Below, in pieces: positions 1-9,358 of a DNA stretch of 64,000 nucleotides (position 1 is its first letter; the number at the start of each line of letters is the position of its first letter). The stretch comes from Promethearchaeati archaeon SRVP18_Atabeyarchaeia-1 (GTDB taxonomy: Archaea > Asgardarchaeota > Atabeyarchaeia > Atabeyarchaeales > Atabeyarchaeaceae). Location: the NCBI GenBank assembly GCA_037308085.1, contig CP147779.1, positions 1,504,001 to 1,568,000 of the forward strand, in the 5' to 3' direction. The position numbers and the translations under genes are program-made. The notes under the pieces were generated by a model, which worked only from the letters and a program-made list of their open reading frames with translations, was not told where the DNA came from and did no database searches.

Positions 1-44
1 ATTAGAGTTCCACCAAGATCGAATAGAACAGCCTTGGCTTTCAT
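1..44 (-). CDS. HAD-family hydrolase, N-terminus (runs off window edge)
   Basis: ATG at 44 (minus strand) reads MKAKAVLFDLGGTL, matching HAD motif I (hhhDxxGTL). Confidence 0.7.
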   Translation of the reverse strand, partial: MKAKAVLFDLGGTL

Positions 45-425
45 GAGTGCGTGTTCAACTCCATTGCTCTGAAAATACAGATAGGCTTGCAGAATCTTCC
101 TGCTTCCCTGAAAAACGCTAATGTCCTTAAATTCGTATCTCTTATCGGTTAACGCTGCAGATAGAAAGCGTTAATATAAGAGAAAGCCAACGTATGGGAG
201 AAAATAGTGCTAGCTGGGTGAAGTAAGATGGGAATATCGCTTATCAGACTGGCTTTACTCTCGATTGGTTTGACTCTATTAGCGCTTGTAATCAGTTTCA
301 ATCTTGGCCAAGTGATCAGCGATTTTCTTGGCTTCGCCCACAATATCGCAGCATATCCCGGATATGTTGGCTTTCCGGGATGAGCAAGGTTTCAAGGAAC
401 TTCTCGCCTAGGGTGATATTCTAGC

Positions 426-1400
426 ATGCAGAGTGGAAAGGCTAAGGGAAAAGAAAAGCGCGAGGAACCCGGCGCCAAGTCTGCCACTCGTGAGAATGGA
501 ATTCATCTTCCCATTCTCAGGATTCTGAGGTTCTTGATACAATTGCTTTCCTTCGTCTTGCTTTATGCCGGCCTCTTCCAACTCACATCCTTTGCATTTC
601 CAATCCCTGTGGTACCTGTGCTTTCGAGTTCTGGTGCGCCAGGGGCGACGGCGATAAGCGCTTTGGATGCCCTTGAGCACGGATTGTCCGCTGTGATTCC
701 GCTCCTGCTGGGAGTGGCTGTCGCTGTTTTCCTGTTGTCGGCAGTGCTTGTTGGGAGAGGCTTCTGCGCCTTCGTTTGCCCGTTCGGCTTCGCGCAGGAT
801 CTTGTAAGCTTCATCAGGCGCCCTTTCCACATGAAGGAGACCACATTCTCAGTCAAGACAACCAAGAGCATTACCAGTTTCAAGTACTATATCGTAGCGG
901 TGCTGCTACTATTGGTTGGCATAGCAGGGATCACAACGCTGATTGCAGGCAGGGCGTATGCCCTGAGAATGCTCGGAATCTTTAGTGACGTTCCCTTCTC
1001 TACCCTCTCTCCCGCTGACACACTGTTCGCGACGCTTCCAGAGCTGGCCATTCTCGGGGGACCTTGGGTAATGGGTTGGGGTGCCATACTCTGGTCAAGG
1101 GTAATAATCTTGGTTATTTCATTGGGCGCTGCACTATTCATTCCAAGAGCATTCTGCAGATACATATGCCCAATCGCTGGACTGATGGCTCCTCTTAACA
1201 GATACACAGTAATTGGGCTTGAACGAAACCCAGTGAAGTGTATAGGGGAGAAATGCAGGATCTGCGAAAGGGCTTGCCCCATGGATGTTCCCATCTTCAG
1301 CGGTCCAGACAAAAGATTCACTAAACATCCTGAATGCATAATGTGCCTAGTCTGCAAGGATGTCTGCCACAACAAGGCAATCAGGTTCGCGGTGGCCTAG
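426..1400 (+). CDS. NapH/MauN-like membrane 4Fe-4S binding protein
   Basis: TM helices, GRGFCAFVCPFG and AFCRYICP motifs, C-terminal ferredoxin motifs CRICERACP and CIMCLVCKDVC. Confidence 0.85.
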   Translation: MQSGKAKGKEKREEPGAKSATRENGIHLPILRILRFLIQLLSFVLLYAGLFQLTSFAFPIPVVPVLSSSGAPGATAISALDALEHGLSAVIPLLLGVAVAVFLLSAVLVGRGFCAFVCPFGFAQDLVSFIRRPFHMKETTFSVKTTKSITSFKYYIVAVLLLLVGIAGITTLIAGRAYALRMLGIFSDVPFSTLSPADTLFATLPELAILGGPWVMGWGAILWSRVIILVISLGAALFIPRAFCRYICPIAGLMAPLNRYTVIGLERNPVKCIGEKCRICERACPMDVPIFSGPDKRFTKHPECIMCLVCKDVCHNKAIRFAVA

Positions 1401-1464
1401 CGAATCCCAGATGGCGAGAAAGACGCCAAGAATTGAGTAGGACAAAGTTAGAGTGGATTTATTT

Positions 1465-1953
1465 TCAGCGGCTCTTTCTATCCTTTTCCTTTCCTTCCTC
1501 TTCCTGAAACTTCCTAACCAAGGATGGCTTCACTAGATATTCCTCGCCCTTCTTGGGTGGCGATGTGGCTGCCTCCTTCACTGAGGCTCCCTTCTTGGAG
1601 GCTTCCAGTTCTTTCGCTTCTTCTTGGGCTGCCTTCGAGAGCGGCTTGACTCTTGATTCGACGAAGGCCATGAAGTTCATAAGCAGCTCAGTCGAAGCCT
1701 CGAAGTTCTTCAGGTAGAGGACTTCCTTATCCTCGGACCTCCGCGACAGGGCATCAAGAACCCACTTCATTACGTCGCCGGTCGAGCGCATCTTAGAGTT
1801 CAATTCACCAACCGACTTCGTGAGCCGCTCCAAACTAACCTTAATTTCGGCGAGCTGCGAACTCAACGCAGCAACTAGGTCCTTCGCTTCGCCCTTGGGC
1901 TGAACGGCAGTACTTCCATTCTGATCGCTCTGTTGCTCATCAGATGACGTCAT
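1465..1953 (-). CDS. hypothetical coiled-coil protein
   Basis: Heptad-rich, charged ORF; likely start ATG 1953. Confidence 0.6.
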   Translation of the reverse strand: MTSSDEQQSDQNGSTAVQPKGEAKDLVAALSSQLAEIKVSLERLTKSVGELNSKMRSTGDVMKWVLDALSRRSEDKEVLYLKNFEASTELLMNFMAFVESRVKPLSKAAQEEAKELEASKKGASVKEAATSPPKKGEEYLVKPSLVRKFQEEEGKEKDRKSR

Positions 1954-2228
1954 CGAAATTGCCTCCGAAGAGAGAGAATCAACTGACAGAGAAACTATGT
2001 CTGACATTCTCTTATAATTGATCCCCTTCATCAAACCCCGCGTCGGCTCCCTGCTCCGGTCGAAGGTCGAGAATAGCAGACGAATGCGATCAGAATAGGG
2101 TAGGCTATTGCGGAGATCACAAGGAGGATGTTACAAACCATGAAACCGATATGAACTAGCAGATATCTTTATCTGTTAACCTCGAAGAATGGCTGAGTAC
2201 AAGAACTGGAAATGGGGTAATTTCGTAC

Positions 2229-4610
2229 ATGAATTCTAAGGCAATGAAGATAGCACCACTGTTCTTCATATTGCTAATGACATTGAGCTCGATAACATAT
2301 ACCCCAGCAGCGGCAACAAGCAACTCAACAACGATTACGTCAACAAATGCTCCAGCACCACACTTCGCTCCTCCTTTGGGTGTACACTGGACCAATTGGT
2401 CTAGCAGCTACGCCACCTATAACGGACACTTCTCCCAATGGAGAAACTCATACGTTGAGCCTAACAATGGAATGGACATCATAATGACAGCCAACTTGAC
2501 CTGCGATCCGCATGTGACTTACTCCAACGTATCAGTTGGGCTTACGGAATTCTTCACAGGCGCCACAGTCCCCAATGCAACAGGGCTGTGGTACGACATA
2601 TCCTTGCCCAGCGGCAACGTCCTCGACTCGTGGATGCACCAAATTGGAATCGACGGTTACCCAATGTTCTTCTACCTGCCAAGCGCATGGACCTATACTA
2701 CCATCGGCAACCACGTCTGGATTACGGCACCTTTCGACAGCTTCTCGCCGATTAACTTCGAAGTCATAGGCTACGACACGGTACTGGGTGTCAACTGCGT
2801 AGTTCTAAACCACGCGGTCAACACCGTAACCGACAATGCTACGTCCGGCGAGCACCACCAGACCGACCAGAACATCACCCTGTGGTTCAACACGAACAAT
2901 GGAGTCGACGGCGGCCTGCTCATGAGAATAATAGGGCACAGCTGGCAATACGATTCATACAGCTATGGCTATTACTGGTACAATAACAACATGGAACTGA
3001 GCATGGAGATAGGCCAGACAAACATCCTGGATCTGACATTGCCCCCAGTTGTGAATGGCATGGTTCCTTGGATGAGCACAGGCAAATACCTGCAATACAA
3101 CATTCAAGGCTCAGGCTACATTGATGCAAGGCTAACAGACCACGCTGGCATGGGAATGAACCTGCAGCTCCCCGGAAACACAAAGTTCAGAACAATAGTC
3201 TCAGCGAATTTGACGTTGAAAGTCGACAGAGGAACATCAGCATACCTTGACCCATACGGCAGCTCGAGGTACGTCTGGGTACTGCACCTGATGCTTAACA
3301 ACACTCAGTTGCTGTTACCAGACCTGCGCCGCACGATACAGTACCTTAATGCGACTGGTCTACCTGTACCTTACCCAGAGGGAGCCGACGAGATAATCGC
3401 GATGCTTGCACCTTTCAACAGGACGGGTCTCGTCGCTGACACATGGTTCCTAGTGGACAACTTGACTGGGCAGATGTACTGGCCAGGAGTCCACTTCTCC
3501 TTGCTCTCAGGATATAGCCCATCAATGACCGCGTCGATCGGAGATCTACTTTCTCAAGGACTCGGACTTCAATTGCTCTCATGGTTCGCGCAGAGCTACA
3601 TGTACCAAGGATGGAGTATCAGCAACCCTCCAGAGACTAGGATAATACACCAAGACGCAAGTGATATCTACACGAATAGAACAATAGATGGAACACTCGA
3701 TGCATCAATCACCTGTGTCGGAACCGAGTACCTCAACTTCCCAGGAGGCGGCGCCGGCAACTGTTGGAGAATCAACTCCAACCTTAACGGCCACATCGTT
3801 GAAACCGCCTTCCGTGATAACAGAAGTATCCCCCCTGGCAGCATGTCCCCAGGAGACTTCCTGGACAATAGCACCATGGCCATAATCGGCAACGGCTTTG
3901 TTGACATAGAGAGAACATCAGGGTTCCCACTCGCGCTTGGGTTGAATTTCCGCTTCACCCTCTCGAGTGAGCCTCGTTTCATGCCATACTACTGGTTCTC
4001 CACGTACGTTGATATAGGCCTTGACCTGTCAATGACGATTCCTCACACGAACATATGGTTCAGCAACCCACCTGTCCAGCTAAGCCTAGGGGCCACCGGG
4101 AACGCCACGACGCCAGGCGACTACTTCGGGAAGTACGGGTTCGCTGTGACGACGACGGGAGCAACTGGAGTCTCAGTCACAAGCTCAGCGTCCGCACCTC
4201 CGGGTGTTGGAACACCGCCGACCAGCAAACTTCCACTAGTCTATCTTAGCATCAACGTGGTTACACTCTCCGGGGGTCAGCCTATTCTCTACGTCTACTA
4301 CAACGTGACAAAGGTTACTCAGCTACACATAGACGAAAACAGCTTGGCAATCTACATCTGGAATACCACGTCATCTAGCTGGAATGCGCTACCAAGCACA
4401 CACTTGAGGCTGAACTCCACAACGGGAGTCATCTTCGCTGTGGTACCTCACTTCAGCTACTTCGCTGTAATGGGATCATCGCCTGGTACTCTAGGAATGC
4501 CGACCATATACGTCATCATCGCGGCAGTAGCAGTCATAGCAGTCTTAGCAGCAGTGGTGTACATAAGGAAAGGCAAAGGCAAGAGCGGGTTGAACGCAAA
4601 ACTCGCTTGA
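2229..4610 (+). CDS. secreted cell-surface (S-layer-like) glycoprotein with C-terminal membrane anchor
   Basis: Signal peptide, many N-x-S/T sequons, C-terminal domain ending VPHFSYFAV, then a TM helix and basic tail. Confidence 0.8.
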   Translation: MNSKAMKIAPLFFILLMTLSSITYTPAAATSNSTTITSTNAPAPHFAPPLGVHWTNWSSSYATYNGHFSQWRNSYVEPNNGMDIIMTANLTCDPHVTYSNVSVGLTEFFTGATVPNATGLWYDISLPSGNVLDSWMHQIGIDGYPMFFYLPSAWTYTTIGNHVWITAPFDSFSPINFEVIGYDTVLGVNCVVLNHAVNTVTDNATSGEHHQTDQNITLWFNTNNGVDGGLLMRIIGHSWQYDSYSYGYYWYNNNMELSMEIGQTNILDLTLPPVVNGMVPWMSTGKYLQYNIQGSGYIDARLTDHAGMGMNLQLPGNTKFRTIVSANLTLKVDRGTSAYLDPYGSSRYVWVLHLMLNNTQLLLPDLRRTIQYLNATGLPVPYPEGADEIIAMLAPFNRTGLVADTWFLVDNLTGQMYWPGVHFSLLSGYSPSMTASIGDLLSQGLGLQLLSWFAQSYMYQGWSISNPPETRIIHQDASDIYTNRTIDGTLDASITCVGTEYLNFPGGGAGNCWRINSNLNGHIVETAFRDNRSIPPGSMSPGDFLDNSTMAIIGNGFVDIERTSGFPLALGLNFRFTLSSEPRFMPYYWFSTYVDIGLDLSMTIPHTNIWFSNPPVQLSLGATGNATTPGDYFGKYGFAVTTTGATGVSVTSSASAPPGVGTPPTSKLPLVYLSINVVTLSGGQPILYVYYNVTKVTQLHIDENSLAIYIWNTTSSSWNALPSTHLRLNSTTGVIFAVVPHFSYFAVMGSSPGTLGMPTIYVIIAAVAVIAVLAAVVYIRKGKGKSGLNAKLA

Positions 4611-4618
4611 AGATGAAA

Positions 4619-4652
4619 GATGGAGCCAAGAGTTCCATCCCAAACCTTTTTT
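4619..4652 (+). terminator. putative terminator (hairpin plus T-tract)
   Basis: GATGGA...TCCATC stem followed by a T run just after the stop at 4610. Confidence 0.45.
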
Positions 4653-4792
4653 ATTCCCTATTCTTCTTCTCCAAGAAGTCCTCAGCATCACGCCTCCAAC
4701 TTCTAGGAAGGGCAGCTCGTTACAGGATTAATATAGGCGGCTCGCCACCGTAAGAGCATGCTGCAAAACAAAGGGAGAAGGGCTGCCTCCAA

Positions 4793-5236
4793 TTGACTCC
4801 AAGTCTAGACACCCTGCTGCGCTTGAGTGCTAGCCCAGAGGACTACCTGAAGAAGGTGGAGAAGACCCAGAGAGCGCTTGAATGGCAGAAAGCCATGCAG
4901 GACTTCAACCCCGATCCCAGGATAGTGGAGAGACTGTCGAGGGCAAAAGAAAGGGCTACTGTGGCATGTTTCTCGGCATCTTGGTGTAAAGACTGCCTGA
5001 AGCATGTCCCTGCACTAGTGAAGACGCTTCAGAAAACAGAAAAAAGTAACATAAGGCTCGTGATGCTCGACTACGACCAGAACAAGAAGATCGCTGGGGA
5101 GCTCGGGGTGGAAGCGATACCCACATTCATAGTATTCGGGGGAAGTGGAACTGAGATCGGAAGGATTATCGAGAGCCCGTCCCCACCATTCAAATCCGTC
5201 GAGGATGAGCTGGCCTCCAAACTCAGTCAAAGGTAG
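4793..5236 (+). CDS. thioredoxin-family protein
   Basis: SASWCKDC active site and cis-Pro motif AIPTF. Confidence 0.85.
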   Translation: MTPSLDTLLRLSASPEDYLKKVEKTQRALEWQKAMQDFNPDPRIVERLSRAKERATVACFSASWCKDCLKHVPALVKTLQKTEKSNIRLVMLDYDQNKKIAGELGVEAIPTFIVFGGSGTEIGRIIESPSPPFKSVEDELASKLSQR

Positions 5237-5343
5237 TGGCTGCGTTTCTGCGGTGGCGATCGGGCTCGCGGCGTTTCCATGCGGGAAAACGCCAATACGG
5301 AACAGAGTTGGAGAGGCCTTGGATCGTATCTCCTCGTAGGCTT

Positions 5344-6066
5344 TTACTCCACGACCAGCTTTCCTTCTCGAACTATGTAGGAGAACTCTCTAGTGGAGAA
5401 CTCGCGGCCTACCAGTTTCTTGATCTGAAGAATGGATCGCCAGTCTCTATAGTACCGCTCCTTTCTCAGCTCAAGAACACCGTCCACTATGTGTTCGATG
5501 GCTGAAACTAAGTGGCTGGAGTGAGCCTTGGTGTGAAGTGTGAAGAGGATTATCCCGCCGTACTTCTTCTGGAGGATAACTTGGTTCCGCATGAATGGGA
5601 ACACGCCTGTTGCTTCCGCTGCGCATAGGATTATCGTTGATAAGCTGTCAACAATGCCTCTAAAACTGGATGGGGGCTTTACCTTTTCCGAGTACGCCTT
5701 TAGGTTGTTGTGAATCTCCCGTAGGTCTGAGACATTATGGATCACGGAGTAGGGCTTTTCGGTTGGGGTTTCCTCGATGCCGAACGCGTTCATGAAGGTG
5801 AGTTTTCCGCTTCCCTGAACCTCTTCTAAGTTTATTCCCTGGTTGGACAGCAGTTCCTTGATAGTAGACGGAGGATAGTCAGTATTGAGAACAAATACAT
5901 TTTCATCTTTGTGCAGACCGCCTGCGACAAAAAGAGTGACCAATACGTCTGAGCTCAAACCGGTGTCCTCCTCAAGCAAGAGCACAGAACCCCGAGGGAC
6001 ACCTCCTCCCAAAGCCTCATCTAATACTGGTAAGCCAAACTCCCCACTCAACTTTGAAATCACCAC
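5344..6066 (-). CDS. RAD55/KaiC-like RecA-superfamily protein with degenerate Walker A
   Basis: GLPVLDEALGGGVPRGS, IVDSLS and IEHIVDGVLEL motifs; P-loop reads EEDTGLSS instead of GxxGxGKT. Confidence 0.8.
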   Translation of the reverse strand: MVISKLSGEFGLPVLDEALGGGVPRGSVLLLEEDTGLSSDVLVTLFVAGGLHKDENVFVLNTDYPPSTIKELLSNQGINLEEVQGSGKLTFMNAFGIEETPTEKPYSVIHNVSDLREIHNNLKAYSEKVKPPSSFRGIVDSLSTIILCAAEATGVFPFMRNQVILQKKYGGIILFTLHTKAHSSHLVSAIEHIVDGVLELRKERYYRDWRSILQIKKLVGREFSTREFSYIVREGKLVVE

Positions 6067-6297
6067 TTCAAAACCTCATGATTCACGTAACATCAGGGCA
6101 GACCCCAGTTAAATCAAGGGGCAGGACACAAGCTACTACAACATATCGTACAAATGTATTTATACCTTGACTTATGGCTCCCAACACCCTTTTCGGTGAC
6201 ATTCGTACACCGAAACGCAGATAAAAAGCTCGGGGTGTAAAGTCAAATGCCGTGCAAGTGAACTTGCGAGCTTTGCATAATCACCCGCGAGGGAACC

Positions 6298-6687
6298 ATG
6301 TTGGATTGTAACCGTTGTGGGAAATGTTGTGCTGATACATCTATGCAGCTTTCCCCACAAGATATCAGGCGACTGCAGAGACTAGGTTACGACCCCTCAG
6401 ACTTCACTACCAAGAAGGGCGGGTTCGACACGCTGAAGAACGTCAACGGAGTATGCTACTTCTTTGAAGCGAAATCAAACGCTTGCAAGGTATACGCGTG
6501 TAGACCTGAGGGATGCAGATACTATCCAATAGTGTACTCCATCGACGAGAGAAAGCCAGTGATTGACGGAGAAGTATGTGAAAGAACCTTCACGATAACG
6601 GGAGAAGAGATTAAGAGGGCTGCTCCAAGGCTGGCTGAGCTAGCAAAGCAGCTCATGCGCAAGGGTCTCAAACAACAGGAGGAATAG
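6298..6687 (+). CDS. YkgJ-family cysteine cluster (CxxCxxCC) protein
   Basis: CNRCGKCC ... CYFF ... CKVYACRPEGCRYYP. Confidence 0.85.
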   Translation: MLDCNRCGKCCADTSMQLSPQDIRRLQRLGYDPSDFTTKKGGFDTLKNVNGVCYFFEAKSNACKVYACRPEGCRYYPIVYSIDERKPVIDGEVCERTFTITGEEIKRAAPRLAELAKQLMRKGLKQQEE

Positions 6688-6689
6688 TC

Positions 6690-7154
6690 TTGCTATTGGA
6701 GGAAGATGCTGAGAGGCACATGAAGGATGGATACAACTGTGCAGAATCCGTTCTGCTCGCGTTTATTGAAAGCTGGGAAAAATACTTCAGATCCGGCGTA
6801 ACCTCGGCGGCCGCCACGGCGTTCGGAGGTGGAATAGGTAGAAGTGGGAACATCTGTGGCGCCCTATCTGGAGGCCTGATTGCCCTCGGGCTGGCGGTCG
6901 GAAGAACCGACGCAAAAGATGAAGAAGGAAAACAACAGGCGTACCAAGCTGCCAGAGAGCTACTGCAGGGCTTCCGAAAGCAGTGGGGCGCACTTACGTG
7001 CAGGGAGCTGACTGAATGCGACCTATCAACTCCGGAAGGCTACGAGAAATACCGCGAGTCGAAAATCCATGAGACAAAGTGCAGCAAGATAGTCCGAGAG
7101 ACAACCAGGACAGTAGCAGCCATCATAGATCGATTCAAGAAAGATCCCATCTGA
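6690..7154 (+). CDS. C_GCAxxG_C_C family redox protein
   Basis: YNCAESV, FGGGIG..NICGALSGG, LTCREL and KC motifs. Confidence 0.85.
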   Translation: MLLEEDAERHMKDGYNCAESVLLAFIESWEKYFRSGVTSAAATAFGGGIGRSGNICGALSGGLIALGLAVGRTDAKDEEGKQQAYQAARELLQGFRKQWGALTCRELTECDLSTPEGYEKYRESKIHETKCSKIVRETTRTVAAIIDRFKKDPI

Positions 7155-7425
7155 GGTCGCTAAGAGCTAATGTAGGGCGCTCTTCCACCCTTCTGGGACA
7201 CGCCCACGATACATCACCTCTTGGGCACCCAGGAACGCACCCAATTCCTCGATGGCACTGGCTACAGCTCCGCCTGTCTCCGGCGTCATAGGCGCGTCCT
7301 GCTCTGCGTAGACCGCGTTTATGATAAGCTTCTTCTTCAATCGATCCATCGCTGGATCAACTCGGCCGATTATGCGATCCCCGTGCAGAATAGGCATAAC
7401 GTAATAGCCATACTTCCGTTTCGCC

Positions 7426-8939
7426 GTATACAACAGCCTCGGAATTCATGGGCTTAGGTAGGCGTAGACAGGAGGATGGCCGTTTATATCGAGAATCCTC
7501 GCACGCTAGTATTGGTAAGGATAGGCTCCTATCCAGCGCGGATGTGGCGAGGAATGGACGAGCCGCCTATGAAGGTCGCGGCGGAGAAGCCACTGTAGGC
7601 ATGTCCGCTGAATCAGAAATCTTCCGAGAATGAGAACCTGCAAACACAGGGGGTTTGTTGAAAGCGCTAAGGACCTACTCGCTCAGCCATAACCAGGGCG
7701 AAGCACTCAGCGACCTGATGTCTGCATATAACTCCGCCCTCAACGAGATGCTGCAGCGCATCTGGGGAACAATACAGTGGAGGAAGCATCAGATCAAGGG
7801 CAAGAAGCAGCACCGGCTCTACCCTCGTTACAGGAAGGACAACGCCTTCAAGCGCGGGCTGAGAGACACATGCCTGGAAGGGTGGGTCTACGCTGCTCAC
7901 TGGGTTGACTCCGCCTTGAAGACCGCCTTCAGCATCATGGCTTCCTGGAAGAGGAACTACGACAAGGGTGAGAGGAGGAGGGCGTGCCCACACGCGGGAA
8001 GGCTCTTCCTGCGGGCAAAGCAGACCCTCCTCAAACTTGAGGGTGAAAAGCTGAGGGTCACCGTGAAGCCACGCGAGTTCGTTTACATCGACCTGTCCCG
8101 GCGCTACTTCAAGCTGCCCAGAAACGTGTCCTCCGCAGGCATAGGTGAACCCATCATCACGCCCGATAGAATACACCTCCCCGTCCACGTACAAGAAGAG
8201 CCGCAGAAGAAGCCAGCCGAGAAGACAGCGTGGGACTCGAACATGCTCAGCATGGATGGGTACAGCCCTGAGACTGGCTGGGTGAAGATTGATACGAGGA
8301 GGCTCGCCTCCGTCCACATCTCGGCCTTCGAGAAGAGGCGCAGCGTGCAGAGGAAGGCCTCCAACTCGAAGCGGGCGAAGAGAGCCCTCACGAAATACGG
8401 GAGGAGGGAGAGGCACCGCGCGAGCAAGCACCAGGTGGAGATAGCGAGGGTGATTCGCTCCCTATCAGACGAAAACGGCTTCGAGGAGCTTCGCAAGGAG
8501 AGGCTCTACTCCAAGTCGAGCGTGTGGAACAGGCGAGTAACGCGCACGGACTGGCGCGGAATAAGGAGACTCGCGGACGGCGTTGAGGTGCCTCCCCAGT
8601 TTACCTCGAAGACGTGCTCCAGATGCGGGTGGACGAACAAAGACCTAAGAGGAGGAGTAGCGGTCTTCGAGTGCGGGAAGTGTGGGCTGCGGATTGATAG
8701 GCAGCTCAACGCCGCCATCAACCTCTACCTGAGGATGGAGGGCGTTCCCCACAGGAAGGAGTGGTGGGATGCAAGCATCCTGCCTTCCTTAGTGGGTGGG
8801 TACGCCCTGACGGGGGCGGAGCGGAGGGGCGCCGATGAACTCGTGAGGCGCCTATATGATGCGGTGAAGCCCCAGATCTACGCAGCATACGACAGGTACG
8901 CTGACGCGTACCTACCCATGCCTACGTAGGTTGAAACCC
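7426..8939 (+). mobile_element. non-autonomous IS607-like tnpB element
   Basis: Removing it restores ycaQ VPKAKRKY; CC dinucleotide at both junctions (7424-25 and 8938-39); right end GTTGAAAC; vestigial TnpA HTH start (KDRLLSSADVAR, ~7517-7552). Confidence 0.75.
7655..8929 (+). CDS. tnpB: TnpB-family RNA-guided protein with RuvC-III Asp replaced by Gln
   Basis: RuvC-I WDSN, RuvC-II FEEL, Zn ribbon CSRCG..CGKCG, then DRQLNAA instead of DRDxNAA. Confidence 0.85.
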   Translation: MLKALRTYSLSHNQGEALSDLMSAYNSALNEMLQRIWGTIQWRKHQIKGKKQHRLYPRYRKDNAFKRGLRDTCLEGWVYAAHWVDSALKTAFSIMASWKRNYDKGERRRACPHAGRLFLRAKQTLLKLEGEKLRVTVKPREFVYIDLSRRYFKLPRNVSSAGIGEPIITPDRIHLPVHVQEEPQKKPAEKTAWDSNMLSMDGYSPETGWVKIDTRRLASVHISAFEKRRSVQRKASNSKRAKRALTKYGRRERHRASKHQVEIARVIRSLSDENGFEELRKERLYSKSSVWNRRVTRTDWRGIRRLADGVEVPPQFTSKTCSRCGWTNKDLRGGVAVFECGKCGLRIDRQLNAAINLYLRMEGVPHRKEWWDASILPSLVGGYALTGAERRGADELVRRLYDAVKPQIYAAYDRYADAYLPMPT

Positions 8940-9358
8940 TTCGGCACATAGATCTCCAAGCTGAACTTAGTTGGAGAGCTACTCTGTTCGTCTCCGATCG
9001 CGTATGAGATTGTCAAACGGTGAGAGCAAAGTCGTTCGAGGCTCCCAGAGACCAGACTTCAGTTTGTCGAGTAAGACAGTCCTCCATGTGGATATACCAT
9101 GTCCCGCCCACCACGTCGATTGGATCAATCTTTATATACCCGATATCGCGCACGACATCGACTATGCCATCAGAGGTGGCTGGTGGACAAAGACCCGCGA
9201 GTCGTTGACAAGCAATTGCGAGCCGGCGAGCGATCGTGGGGGAGATGACTCTGGCTGCGACTTCCTTCTCTGAAAACGAGTCCAATCCTCCTCTCCTCGA
9301 CAACAATTTCATTGAGTTCCTCCAAAGGTAGGTCTAGGACAATTCCTTTGACTCTGAG

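Larger units (their letters stand above)
7167..9312 (-). pseudogene. ycaQ: YcaQ/AlkZ-like winged-helix DNA glycosylase; internally deleted, frameshifted and interrupted by an IS607-type element
   Basis: N-terminus ARRLAIACQRL..IKIDPIDVV; TTLLSPFDNLIRDR and LEIYVPK at ~8940-9040; after the insertion the frame resumes as AKRKYGYYVMPILHGDRIIGRVD (7425 down to 7167). Confidence 0.85.

Noticed and set aside
7667-8431. Long antisense ORFs (e.g. 7667-8431, 10329-10943, 23452-24030, 61585-62094)
   Set aside because: Shadows of well-supported genes on the opposite strand, with no motifs.
8930-8937. GTTGAAAC resembling a CRISPR repeat end
   Set aside because: Single copy at an IS right end; no repeat-spacer array was seen anywhere in the window.
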